64,000 nt of DNA from contig CAMWQN010000003.1 in the NCBI GenBank assembly GCA_947176385.1, positions 3,230-67,229 of the forward strand. The letters are read 5' to 3'. The DNA comes from an uncultured Rickettsiales bacterium. Lineage in GTDB: Bacteria > Pseudomonadota > Alphaproteobacteria > Rs-D84. The translations under genes were made by a program, and so were the position numbers. Positions 36,591 through 47,355 of the stretch are shown here, piece after piece; the stretch's first letter is position 1; each line of letters starts with the position of its first letter. The notes under the pieces were generated by a model. The model was not told the origin of the DNA. It saw nothing but the letters and a program-made list of their open reading frames with translations, and ran no database searches.

Positions 36591-37522
36591 CGACATTGAA
36601 AAAAAATGTAAAACTGTCGGGACGCGGAATCCATTCTGGTTTACCTGTAAATATTGTTGTAAAGCCGTCAAAGGTTCCGGGGATATTCTTTCGTCGTGTT
36701 GATATGCCGGGTTCTGATTTAATCGCGGCGCGTTTTGATAATGTTGGCGATACAAAAATGCGCAATACAACCATTGGTAATCCAAATGGTGCACATGTGC
36801 AAACAATTGAACATTTAATGGCTGCATTATTTATCGCAGGAATTGACAGCGCAATCATTGAAATTGATGGCAAGGAAACGCCAATCTTGGACGGCAGCGC
36901 AGCGATATTTTATGATAAATTTAGTGCTGCAGCGGGCACAAAGAACCCAATGCGTCGTATTGTCGTGCGTCGTGATGTTATTGTGCATGCACGGGATGTA
37001 ATGCGGACTTTGCCTTTGGTTACACGGATTAAGATTTGGTTTTTTAACACAATCGCGGGTCGTAAAAGTAACGGATATGTGAAATTATCACCAAATGATG
37101 GTAAATCGTTAAATATAACAGCAACGTTGGTTTATCCGGAAAAAATAATTGGTTCACAGACATATAAATATTCATTTGATGGCTCAGATAAATCTGTTCA
37201 GACATTTGTTAATGATGTTGCACGGGCGCGTACATTTGGAAAATATTCTGAATGGGAATATTTAAAGGCACATGGTATGGGACGTGGTGCAGACGAAACA
37301 AACGTTATCGCATTAAATGACGCGGGTGATGGAACGCTGAATAAAACCATATGGTCGGATGAATTTGTCCGTCACAAGGTTATTGATGCGCTGGGTGATA
37401 TGTTTACCAGTGGTGGTATGATTGTTGGGAACATGGTGTCATATAAGGGCAGTCATGCAATGAATAACCTGGTGTTGAAAAAGTTATTCAGTGACCCAAA
37501 TAATTATGATATACTTGATTAA
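36587..37522 (+). CDS. lpxC: UDP-3-O-acyl-N-acetylglucosamine deacetylase
   Basis: Motifs SGRGIHSG, TIEHLMAAL, ILDGSA and HKVIDALGD are characteristic of LpxC. Confidence 0.9.
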   Translation: MTTLKKNVKLSGRGIHSGLPVNIVVKPSKVPGIFFRRVDMPGSDLIAARFDNVGDTKMRNTTIGNPNGAHVQTIEHLMAALFIAGIDSAIIEIDGKETPILDGSAAIFYDKFSAAAGTKNPMRRIVVRRDVIVHARDVMRTLPLVTRIKIWFFNTIAGRKSNGYVKLSPNDGKSLNITATLVYPEKIIGSQTYKYSFDGSDKSVQTFVNDVARARTFGKYSEWEYLKAHGMGRGADETNVIALNDAGDGTLNKTIWSDEFVRHKVIDALGDMFTSGGMIVGNMVSYKGSHAMNNLVLKKLFSDPNNYDILD

Positions 37523-37537
37523 AACAAGGATACAGAA

Positions 37538-37966
37538 ATGAAGAAATATTTAGGATTTATTTTTGCGCTGGCGTTAACTGCCTGTGGAAACATGATTAAA
37601 AACGAAAACGGCAGTCAATTTTTGACGCAGCTAAGTGCAGAACCAATCGGATGTACATTCTTGTATAAAATTGAATCCGAAGTGTCTGTATATGATTCAG
37701 AAGATGCACGTCGTTATCTGGAAAATCGTATCGCTGACCAGGCGCGTGGTGGTAATGCATATTGGATTGTCAGCCAACGTACTCGCCCGAATGAATGGGT
37801 TATATTTGGACCAGAACGTTCATTTGTTTTGACTGCAAATGTATATGATTGCCCATATCCAAACAAGGTTCGCACCGCACGTGATGGTGGCAGTTCTATG
37901 ACGGTTGCGCCGGTTATGGTTAATACAACCCCATGTATGACAAATGCATATGGTGCGTGTTATTAA
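37538..37966 (+). CDS. Putative lipoprotein (142 aa)
   Basis: Lipobox LALTAC at residues 11-16. No recognised domain. Confidence 0.5.
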   Translation: MKKYLGFIFALALTACGNMIKNENGSQFLTQLSAEPIGCTFLYKIESEVSVYDSEDARRYLENRIADQARGGNAYWIVSQRTRPNEWVIFGPERSFVLTANVYDCPYPNKVRTARDGGSSMTVAPVMVNTTPCMTNAYGACY

Positions 37967-37988
37967 TATATTTATGAAATAAAAAAAT

Positions 37989-38020
37989 GCCCGGCGATAT
38001 TTTTTCGCCGGGTTGTTTTA
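37989..38020 (+). terminator. Intrinsic terminator after the lipoprotein gene
   Basis: GCCCGGCGA-loop-TCGCCGGGT followed by TGTTTTATT. Confidence 0.7.
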
Positions 38021-38028
38021 TTCTGTGT

Positions 38029-38058
38029 TTGCCATAAGTGTAAATTTTGTGTTATAAT
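38029..38058 (+). promoter_or_regulatory. Putative extended -10 promoter of the type IVb pilus-like operon
   Basis: TTGCCA (38029-38034), 18-nt spacer, TGtTATAAT (38050-38058). Confidence 0.5.
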
Positions 38059-38078
38059 GACTCAACGCGAGAGAGAAA

Positions 38079-39341
38079 TTGGCAAATCAGGTTTTAACAA
38101 TTCACAGAAAAAAATACGCAGTCGGTTTGTTTTGGCAACCCGTCGCTGGTGCTGTGCGTGTGCGAAATTATGCACGTACATTGGCACGCAGTGTGGATAA
38201 AAAACTGAATTTATATACTGAATACCGGGCTATGATTGGTCTGGGGGCGCGACGCGCAGGGCAACATTCTGGTATGCCATCAGCTGCGGCAGAAATTGTA
38301 GATTCATTGACAGAATATTCATCATTCTTGGCAGCGTTCAGTGCAGGAAATGTTTTTTATCTGGTTGCGGTGCGTAATGGTATTATTCTGACGGATAAAA
38401 TTTTTAAAACAGAATCCGAAGCACGTGCCGAATATGCACGTTTGTTTGAAATTCCAGATTGGTCTGCATTGATTGCACCATCGGCATGGTCAATGCCACG
38501 TGCCATTGAACGCAGATTATCCGACCTGGTTACAGGACGTGCGCATGCGGTATTACGTCCAATTGGACGTTTGCGTTCGGTTTTATTGTCTGTTGTTTTA
38601 TTTGGCGTGTTTATTTTATTGGGATTGTCGGTATTTCGTGGTCCAATTGGTGAAATGATGACCGCACGTCCCCAGATTTCAAAAATTGATCCGGAATTAG
38701 CCGCCGAATATAAACGCCAGATAGAAGAAAAAAATAAACAACTGGATGCAGAATTTGATATTAAAAAGGCTTTGCCACCAGAACCATTGGCAATGCCGTA
38801 TGATAATTTGCCGGATGTTATGGCGCGTGCCCAGGTTTGTTTTCAGGCGATTGGTTTCTTGATGCAGCCAATATCAGGATGGAATCAGATTTCTGCCGAT
38901 TGTGGTGAAACATTTGCAAATGTAACATTACGTCGCAGTTTTGGGACGTTGGGCGATTTTTATTCGGTTGCGGGCGACCTGATACCGAATGCGGTCGTAA
39001 ATGAATTATCCGAAGATACTTTGTCTGTCCAGGCGGTTCTGCCAGCGGTTAAAACACATGCATCCCAGGATGAACGTGATGTAGATACTGTTGTTCGCGA
39101 TGTTCAGACAATATTCCAGGCGATGGATACGCCGGTTGATATTAATACTGTGTCAGATACCCTGACCAATGGTGTTGATACAGTTGATTTACATATTGTT
39201 GAAATTGCAGCGTCATCAAAATTGGTGCCAATGCAATTTATGAAAATATTTGATGGGTTTGGTGGCGTATATATGACACGTTGTGCCTGGGATGCGTCGC
39301 GTCGCACATGGAATTATGAGGTGATAATCTATGCAAAATAA
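38079..39341 (+). CDS. PilO2-like type IVb pilus biogenesis protein (R64/PAPI-1 type); TTG start
   Basis: 420 aa. The N-terminal HRKKYAVGLFWQPV resembles the PilO2-family signature as I recall it. Has a single central TM helix and is followed by PilP-, PilQ(ATPase)- and PilR-like genes in the R64 order. Confidence 0.55.
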   Translation: MANQVLTIHRKKYAVGLFWQPVAGAVRVRNYARTLARSVDKKLNLYTEYRAMIGLGARRAGQHSGMPSAAAEIVDSLTEYSSFLAAFSAGNVFYLVAVRNGIILTDKIFKTESEARAEYARLFEIPDWSALIAPSAWSMPRAIERRLSDLVTGRAHAVLRPIGRLRSVLLSVVLFGVFILLGLSVFRGPIGEMMTARPQISKIDPELAAEYKRQIEEKNKQLDAEFDIKKALPPEPLAMPYDNLPDVMARAQVCFQAIGFLMQPISGWNQISADCGETFANVTLRRSFGTLGDFYSVAGDLIPNAVVNELSEDTLSVQAVLPAVKTHASQDERDVDTVVRDVQTIFQAMDTPVDINTVSDTLTNGVDTVDLHIVEIAASSKLVPMQFMKIFDGFGGVYMTRCAWDASRRTWNYEVIIYAK

Positions 39342-40032
39342 AATGAAGTTCAGTGGTATTTTTCTGGTATTGGGATTGTTCATGCCATTATTGATGACAG
39401 ACGCACGTGCGGCGGTCGCAGGTGTTGAATTGATAGAAGATATCGAATTTGAATCTGATGATGAAAATCTGGACCAGGCATCAGCTGATGCGGTTGCTGC
39501 GTACAAGGTCGAAGGTTCACTGTTTGAACAGATTACCACACTGGAACAGGAAAAGGTTTTAATGCAGTTGGAAAAAGAACGTGCCCAATTGGACCTGGAA
39601 CTGGACAGATTGGCAGCAGAAAAAATCAAACTGCATATGGAAATTGATACTTTGTCCGGTCGCGCCGAACAGGCACAACAAGAACTGGAAACAGAAAAAG
39701 CAAGACTGGAAGCTGAGGCTGCGTCCCTGGCACGCCAAAGGGAAGAATTATCACGTCCGTCCGAACCTGTGGTTTCAAAATCCAGCCTGTCCAGTCGCAA
39801 CCAAGAACAGGAAAGCAATATCGCCGATAATTATCGTTTGGTAAATGTTGTTGGTGCCGGTAATCAATTACAGGCAACGGTTGAAGATTTGACAACCGGT
39901 CAGAATAAACGCCTGTCTGTGGGCAAGGTTTTAAATGGATATACCGTAAAATCAATATCTTTGGATGAAGGTGTTGTGTTTGTCAAAGATGGGGTTACAG
40001 AAAATCTGAATATATCTAATAACGGGCGATAA
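39331..40032 (+). CDS. PilP-like type IVb pilus biogenesis protein
   Basis: 233 aa with a signal peptide, a long coiled coil and a C-terminal beta domain (YRLVNVVGAGNQLQATVEDLTTGQNKRLSVGKVLNGYTVKSISLDEGVVF). An alternative start is at 39343. Confidence 0.5.
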   Translation: MQNKMKFSGIFLVLGLFMPLLMTDARAAVAGVELIEDIEFESDDENLDQASADAVAAYKVEGSLFEQITTLEQEKVLMQLEKERAQLDLELDRLAAEKIKLHMEIDTLSGRAEQAQQELETEKARLEAEAASLARQREELSRPSEPVVSKSSLSSRNQEQESNIADNYRLVNVVGAGNQLQATVEDLTTGQNKRLSVGKVLNGYTVKSISLDEGVVFVKDGVTENLNISNNGR

Positions 40033-40052
40033 TTTGTCAGGACTGAATTTTT

Positions 40053-41681
40053 ATGAATAATGAAACCGATATTTTAAATAACAATACTGTAATGAAACCG
40101 TCGCTGCCGGCAGGTTTGGATGGTGCCCAGAACAAGGATATTGTTGATTATCTGTTTTCAAATGGAAATCGGTTAATGACTGCAACTGGTGCGCCAATGG
40201 CGTTGCCAGTGGACACCCAGGGATTGATTGCATATTTTTCAGGTGGTGAAATTATAATTTCACGTACACATCGTTATGATGGTCGTGTGTTGGCGTTTTT
40301 GGATTTGTTGGCACGACGTGGTCGCCCAATGCGTGCGCCATTTTATTCTGATTTGGGTTTAGTATCTGCAATTTACAAGGCATATGACGGACGTCTGGGT
40401 GGTGGTGATGCTCATCAAGATTATGATAACCAGATGCAAAAAGATTTTGTCGATATAATCGCCAAGGCTGCCGCCCAGAAAGTATCTGATGTTCATATCG
40501 AGGTTGCAGACCAAACCACAATCTATTTCCGTATTGATGGCAGTATGCAACCAGTTCTGGAATATAATTCAGGATGGGGTGAATCATTTGTTCGTGCGGC
40601 GTTCGCGTCGTCGGATATGTCGAATTCTAACTATGCCCAGAATGAATATCAGTCTGCCCAGAAAGATGGACGCACACCATTACGTGGGACACGTGATTTA
40701 TATCTGCCGATGGGGATACTGAGTATTCGTATGCAATTTAACCCGATTGCATTTGGCAGCCGTTATGTTGTTATGCGCTTGCTCTATGATAACCCATCCG
40801 AAGGCATCAAAGCAGAACAAGAATTTGGTCCATATGAACAGCGTCTGTTACAGCGTCTGCGTGCGTTCCCGACGGGCTTGGTAATTGTTGCGGGTCCAAC
40901 CAGTTCGGGTAAATCAACGACATTGGTACGTAATATGTCGCTGATGTTGAAAGAACATAATTATGAAATCAACCTGATAACGGTGGAAAACCCGGTTGAA
41001 CAAAAGATTTTTGGCGCGCACCAAATGCCGGTTGTGAACACAACCAATGAAGAACAGCGCGAAGAAAAATATACCGAAGCATTAGCCGCCGCATTGCGCA
41101 GTGACCCAGATACATTGATGGTTGGTGAAATCCGAACATTGGCTGCGGCACAGTTAACGGTGCGTGGCGCATTGTCTGGGCATAATGTTTGGACGACATT
41201 GCATGCAAATTCTGCAATGGCAGCATTGACACGTTTGTTGGATTTGGGAATTGAACCGTTTAAATTAAAAGAAGATACTTTGATGCGTGGTTTGATTTCC
41301 ATGCGTCTGTTTAAGCAGGTTTGCCCATATTGTCGCGAGGCATTGATAAACCACCCAGAAAATCCTGTATATGGTCGTGTAATGGATGCATTTGGGCAAC
41401 TGGGGTTAAATCAGACATATATTCGTGGTGCAGGATGCGACCATTGCAAGGGGACAGGGACATTAGGGCGTATCAAGGCTGGTGAAATCATTATCACAAA
41501 CAGTGAATTTTTACGCCTGGCATTATCGGGTGATACAGATGGTGCGGTGCGTTATTGGTTAGAAGAAATGGATGGACGTACATTAAAAGAATCCGCCGTA
41601 TCGCTGATGTTGCAGGGAATTGTTGATGTAGAAGAAGTTGAACGTTGGGTCGGAATGCTGGACAGACCGGGGGTATATTAA
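40053..41681 (+). CDS. GspE/PilB-family secretion ATPase (PilQ in R64 type IVb nomenclature)
   Basis: 542 aa with Walker A GPTSSGKST, Asp/His boxes and a tetracysteine motif (CPYCRE...CDHCKGTG). Confidence 0.85.
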   Translation: MNNETDILNNNTVMKPSLPAGLDGAQNKDIVDYLFSNGNRLMTATGAPMALPVDTQGLIAYFSGGEIIISRTHRYDGRVLAFLDLLARRGRPMRAPFYSDLGLVSAIYKAYDGRLGGGDAHQDYDNQMQKDFVDIIAKAAAQKVSDVHIEVADQTTIYFRIDGSMQPVLEYNSGWGESFVRAAFASSDMSNSNYAQNEYQSAQKDGRTPLRGTRDLYLPMGILSIRMQFNPIAFGSRYVVMRLLYDNPSEGIKAEQEFGPYEQRLLQRLRAFPTGLVIVAGPTSSGKSTTLVRNMSLMLKEHNYEINLITVENPVEQKIFGAHQMPVVNTTNEEQREEKYTEALAAALRSDPDTLMVGEIRTLAAAQLTVRGALSGHNVWTTLHANSAMAALTRLLDLGIEPFKLKEDTLMRGLISMRLFKQVCPYCREALINHPENPVYGRVMDAFGQLGLNQTYIRGAGCDHCKGTGTLGRIKAGEIIITNSEFLRLALSGDTDGAVRYWLEEMDGRTLKESAVSLMLQGIVDVEEVERWVGMLDRPGVY

Positions 41682-41682
41682 A

Positions 41683-42753
41683 ATGAACCGTCTGGAACTG
41701 TTATATGCAAAGTTAGTGTTTCGTCTGAATACTGAAAAACGTATGGCGGTTGCACGTAAATTGGCGTCACTGTTGCGTAATGATTTTACATTGATGAATG
41801 CGCTGGGGCGTATTGAAATGATTGAATCGCGAAATGGAACCAAACCCGATGAACCATTTGCGATTGTTATGCGTCAATGGCAAAAGAACCTGGAACAGGG
41901 TATGACGTTTTCTGAGGCGACACGTGGTTGGGTACCGGCAAATGAAACGCTGTTGGTGACGTCCGGTAATATTTCAAATCTGGTTGTTGCGCTGGAAAAT
42001 GTCGGACGTGTTGTCGAAGGTACCGAACGCATCAAACGCGCAATGCGTAATGCGATAACATATCCATTGTTTTTGCTGGCATTGACATTTGGTATTATTG
42101 TTATGGTTGGAATATATTTGATTCCGCCACTTGCTGAGGTTGCAGGTCCCGGTATGGTGTGGCAGTCTGCGGCAGCATCCCTGATATGGTTATCAGATTT
42201 TGCGATACGGTTTTGGTACTTGTTCATCTTGGGCTTTGGATTATTGATTTTTATTGTGTGGATAAGTTTGGCAAACTGGTCGGGACGCCTGCGTACATTG
42301 TTTGATAAATTACCACCCTGGAATATATATAAAATTCAGATGTCTGTTGGATGGTTGATGAGTTTATCTGCCATGGTATCCGCCGGTGTCGCATTACCGG
42401 ATGCAATGCGTATGTTGGCCGATGCATCAAACAAATATCTGCGTGATATATTGGATGACGCATTACATTATATCGCGAACGGTGATAATTTGGGTGTCGC
42501 GTTAAATAATACAGGGCGTGATTTTCCAAACCGTGAATTGATTGGCGATTTGGCAATATATGCCGATATGAATGATTTTGATAAAAACCTGTCGCATTTG
42601 GCGAATGATTACCTGGATTCGTCCGTCCGCCGGATGGAGGCAATATCAAACGTCTTGAACAGTGTTGGCATATTACTGGTATCTGCAATTATTGCATGGG
42701 TTGTATTGGGTACATTCCAAATGCAAGACCAGATAACATCAGCACTGTCATAG
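41683..42753 (+). CDS. GspF/PilC-family inner-membrane platform protein (PilR in R64 nomenclature)
   Basis: 356 aa from ATG 41683, right after the ATPase stop. Duplicated GspF-type cytoplasmic domains with TM helices. Confidence 0.8.
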   Translation: MNRLELLYAKLVFRLNTEKRMAVARKLASLLRNDFTLMNALGRIEMIESRNGTKPDEPFAIVMRQWQKNLEQGMTFSEATRGWVPANETLLVTSGNISNLVVALENVGRVVEGTERIKRAMRNAITYPLFLLALTFGIIVMVGIYLIPPLAEVAGPGMVWQSAAASLIWLSDFAIRFWYLFILGFGLLIFIVWISLANWSGRLRTLFDKLPPWNIYKIQMSVGWLMSLSAMVSAGVALPDAMRMLADASNKYLRDILDDALHYIANGDNLGVALNNTGRDFPNRELIGDLAIYADMNDFDKNLSHLANDYLDSSVRRMEAISNVLNSVGILLVSAIIAWVVLGTFQMQDQITSALS

Positions 42754-42770
42754 ACAGTGCTGATGTTATC
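42732..42770. repeat. Perfect 18-bp inverted repeat (3-nt loop) spanning the stop codon of the GspF-like gene
   Basis: GATAACATCAGCACTGTC-ATA-GACAGTGCTGATGTTATC. No U-tract follows. Confidence 0.85.
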
Positions 42771-42774
42771 AATG

Positions 42775-42806
42775 AACAAATAACAGATAACAAAGAACAA
42801 ATGATG
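42775..42806 (+). repeat. Left arm of the inverted repeat enclosing the four-helix-bundle gene (includes its ATGATG start)
   Basis: AACAAATAACAGATAACAAAGAACAAATGATG. Its reverse complement matches 43155-43193 apart from a 7-nt TTCTTTG duplication there. Confidence 0.85.
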
Positions 42807-43154
42807 AACAATAATATTGTTAAAGAAAAAAGCGAAAAATTTGCTATTCGTATTGTAAATTTATATAAGCATTTGTTTGAATCCAAGAAAGAATTTGTTT
42901 TATCTAAACAAATTTTACGTTCTGGTACCAGTATAGGTGCAAATTTGGCAGAAGCAGAATGTGCTATCAGTAAAAATGACTTTTTAGCAAAAATATATAT
43001 AGCGTTGAAAGAATCTTCTGAAACGCAATATTGGCTAAGATTGTTAAAAAATACTAACTATATTACAGACCAAGAATTTGACAGTTTATTTGCAGACTGT
43101 AATGAAATAACCAAAATATTGGTAAAAACAATTAAAACAATAAAGAACAAATAG
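42801..43154 (+). CDS. Four-helix-bundle protein (23S rRNA intervening-sequence protein / S23p / Avd-like family)
   Basis: 117 aa. FAIRIVNLYKHL...VLSKQILRSGTSIGANLAEAECAISKNDFLAKIYIALKESSETQYWLRLL matches the family signature. The ORF-track extension upstream of ATG 42801 is read-through of the repeat. Confidence 0.8.
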   Translation: MMNNNIVKEKSEKFAIRIVNLYKHLFESKKEFVLSKQILRSGTSIGANLAEAECAISKNDFLAKIYIALKESSETQYWLRLLKNTNYITDQEFDSLFADCNEITKILVKTIKTIKNK

Positions 43155-43193
43155 CATCATTTGTTCTTTGTTCTTTGTTATCTGTTATTTGTT
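43155..43193 (+). repeat. Right arm of the inverted repeat enclosing the four-helix-bundle gene
   Basis: CATCATTTGTTCTTTGTTCTTTGTTATCTGTTATTTGTT. It begins directly after the stop codon and ends at the stop codon of the convergent gene. Confidence 0.85.
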
Positions 43194-43763
43194 TTATACC
43201 ATAAATGGCAGGTTTTCAAGTGTTCCTTCGGCGACACGCACGTTTACGTCAATCATCATAAACAATGTATCTGGGGTCTTGATAATATCAGGGTTAAACA
43301 TGTGTGTTGATAACATGTGGCTGGTATTTACAGACAGTTTTGTTATCAAATGGTCATCGTCCAGCAGTGTATAAATCGGACCGATGTCGGTCGGTGTGTT
43401 TGCGCCGATTTCATGTTCGTTTTGTGGGCAACGCAGACCGTCAAACAATGTTTTTACCCGGTTGTCGATGTCAGAACGTGGCACGCCCACAATTTCGGGA
43501 TGCATGATTAAAATATCCAGTTCTGCCAATAATTTCAGGTTTGGGGTAATAATCGGATTCCAATCAATTCCGCCAACGTGACGCGTGGAAATCGGGCTTT
43601 TGGTTGCACCCGGCATCATGTATTGTGTCAGATTGTTCCAAGGCTGATGTTCCACCAGTTTTTTTAACTGGGGATGGAATTGCATACGGATATCTGCGAT
43701 GTGCTGGGCGCGCTTTTTTGGATTGATTAAAATTTCGCCAAAATACAGTAATTTGAATTTCAT
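43194..43763 (-). CDS. Hypothetical protein with a RusA-like motif
   Basis: 189 aa. RSDIDNRVKTLFDGL...LLDDDHLI parallels RusA DLDNLQKAAFDAL...WLDDAQVV. This is motif-level similarity only. Confidence 0.3.
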   Translation of the reverse strand: MKFKLLYFGEILINPKKRAQHIADIRMQFHPQLKKLVEHQPWNNLTQYMMPGATKSPISTRHVGGIDWNPIITPNLKLLAELDILIMHPEIVGVPRSDIDNRVKTLFDGLRCPQNEHEIGANTPTDIGPIYTLLDDDHLITKLSVNTSHMLSTHMFNPDIIKTPDTLFMMIDVNVRVAEGTLENLPFMV

Positions 43764-43798
43764 TTTATATCCCTTTTTCCTTGCTAATTATAGCATAA

Positions 43799-46237
<2,439 letters not shown>

Positions 46238-46252
46238 TAAAAGGGATAAAAC

Positions 46253-46603
46253 ATGGACACACCACAACCAGACAAAGACGGTGTTTTTGTTGTAAACGGT
46301 CGTCGTATGCGTATTGAACCCAGTGGTGAAATTACGGCACTGGATGGTATGGATGTGTCCGGTTCACGTACCGCGGCAGAAAAAGAACAAGCGAATTTGG
46401 ATTATCTGATAAATAATCATCCGGACAGATTGGAAGACGCAGATGCTGCGCGCACCCGTCGTGATGAATTGAATAAAGAACTGGGGATTGACAGTAATGA
46501 CGCCGTCCTTGCAGACAAGCGAAAACAACTGCGTGCCGGAATATTAAATGCACAAATGCGCGCAAAAATGTTTGATGTGACGCAACAAAAACAAAACGAT
46601 TAA
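46253..46603 (+). CDS. Hypothetical protein (116 aa)
   Basis: ORF with an AAGGGA RBS just after gyrB. Charged, probably helical. No recognised domain. Confidence 0.4.
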   Translation: MDTPQPDKDGVFVVNGRRMRIEPSGEITALDGMDVSGSRTAAEKEQANLDYLINNHPDRLEDADAARTRRDELNKELGIDSNDAVLADKRKQLRAGILNAQMRAKMFDVTQQKQND

Positions 46604-46605
46604 AT

Positions 46606-47268
46606 ATGTTCACGGCAGATTGGTTTAATTCACTGGATAAAACTTTGCGTAATATGGGAATGGATTCCGATGCGCAAAGTTTTGATGAAATAAAGGAAAA
46701 CCTGTCGGTGCGTAAAATATGTTCGCCAGACGCATTTGCCGAACATTGTGCATATGTAATTTTGGCGGGTGGATTTTCGCAAAAGACAGCGAAAAAAATC
46801 CATGCAAAAATTATGGACACTATTCATTCGCATGGTGCGGATTTTGATACATTGATTGCATTGTTTAATAATAAAAATAAAATCAACGCAATTTGCAAAA
46901 TTTGGAACACGCGCGATGAATTGTGCAGTGCATATTATAAGTTGAATGATACCGATGCGCGGTTGGCATATTTATCGAAATTGCCGCATATTGGAAAGAT
47001 TACTGCAAATCATTTGGCGCGAAACCTGGGCGAAGATGTTGTGAAATACGATATCTGGATTCAGCGTTTGGGTGCGGTGTATGCAAAAAATCCGGCATTG
47101 GTTGAAAAGATTGACAATGGAAAATTAGACCCGGAAATTAAATCTGCATGTGATGATATGTTTGCACACTTGTGTGCGGTGACTCGTTTGCCGCGTGGTT
47201 ATATTGATGTTGTGTTGTGGAAAGCATGCCAGGTAAAATTGATTTCTATGGACGTCTGCTTGCAATAA
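46606..47268 (+). CDS. Putative helix-hairpin-helix (HhH-GPD-like) DNA glycosylase-family protein
   Basis: 220 aa. LPHIGKITANHLARNLGEDVVKYDIWIQRL resembles the HhH plus catalytic-Asp region of EndoIII/AlkA-type glycosylases. Start is coupled to the upstream ORF. Confidence 0.35.
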   Translation: MFTADWFNSLDKTLRNMGMDSDAQSFDEIKENLSVRKICSPDAFAEHCAYVILAGGFSQKTAKKIHAKIMDTIHSHGADFDTLIALFNNKNKINAICKIWNTRDELCSAYYKLNDTDARLAYLSKLPHIGKITANHLARNLGEDVVKYDIWIQRLGAVYAKNPALVEKIDNGKLDPEIKSACDDMFAHLCAVTRLPRGYIDVVLWKACQVKLISMDVCLQ

Positions 47269-47355
47269 TCGCCGGTCATGTAACCACACGTACACTCCCT
47301 TTGATTATTGCGGCGCATTCGTCACATATAAATCAATTTTGAAAAAGGATTTGTT

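Noticed and set aside
39216-39818. 200-aa Ser/Cys/Ala-rich ORF antisense to the PilP-like gene.
   Set aside because: Its low-complexity sequence is generated by the reverse complement of the Glu/Leu/Ala-rich coiled coil. There are no start signals.
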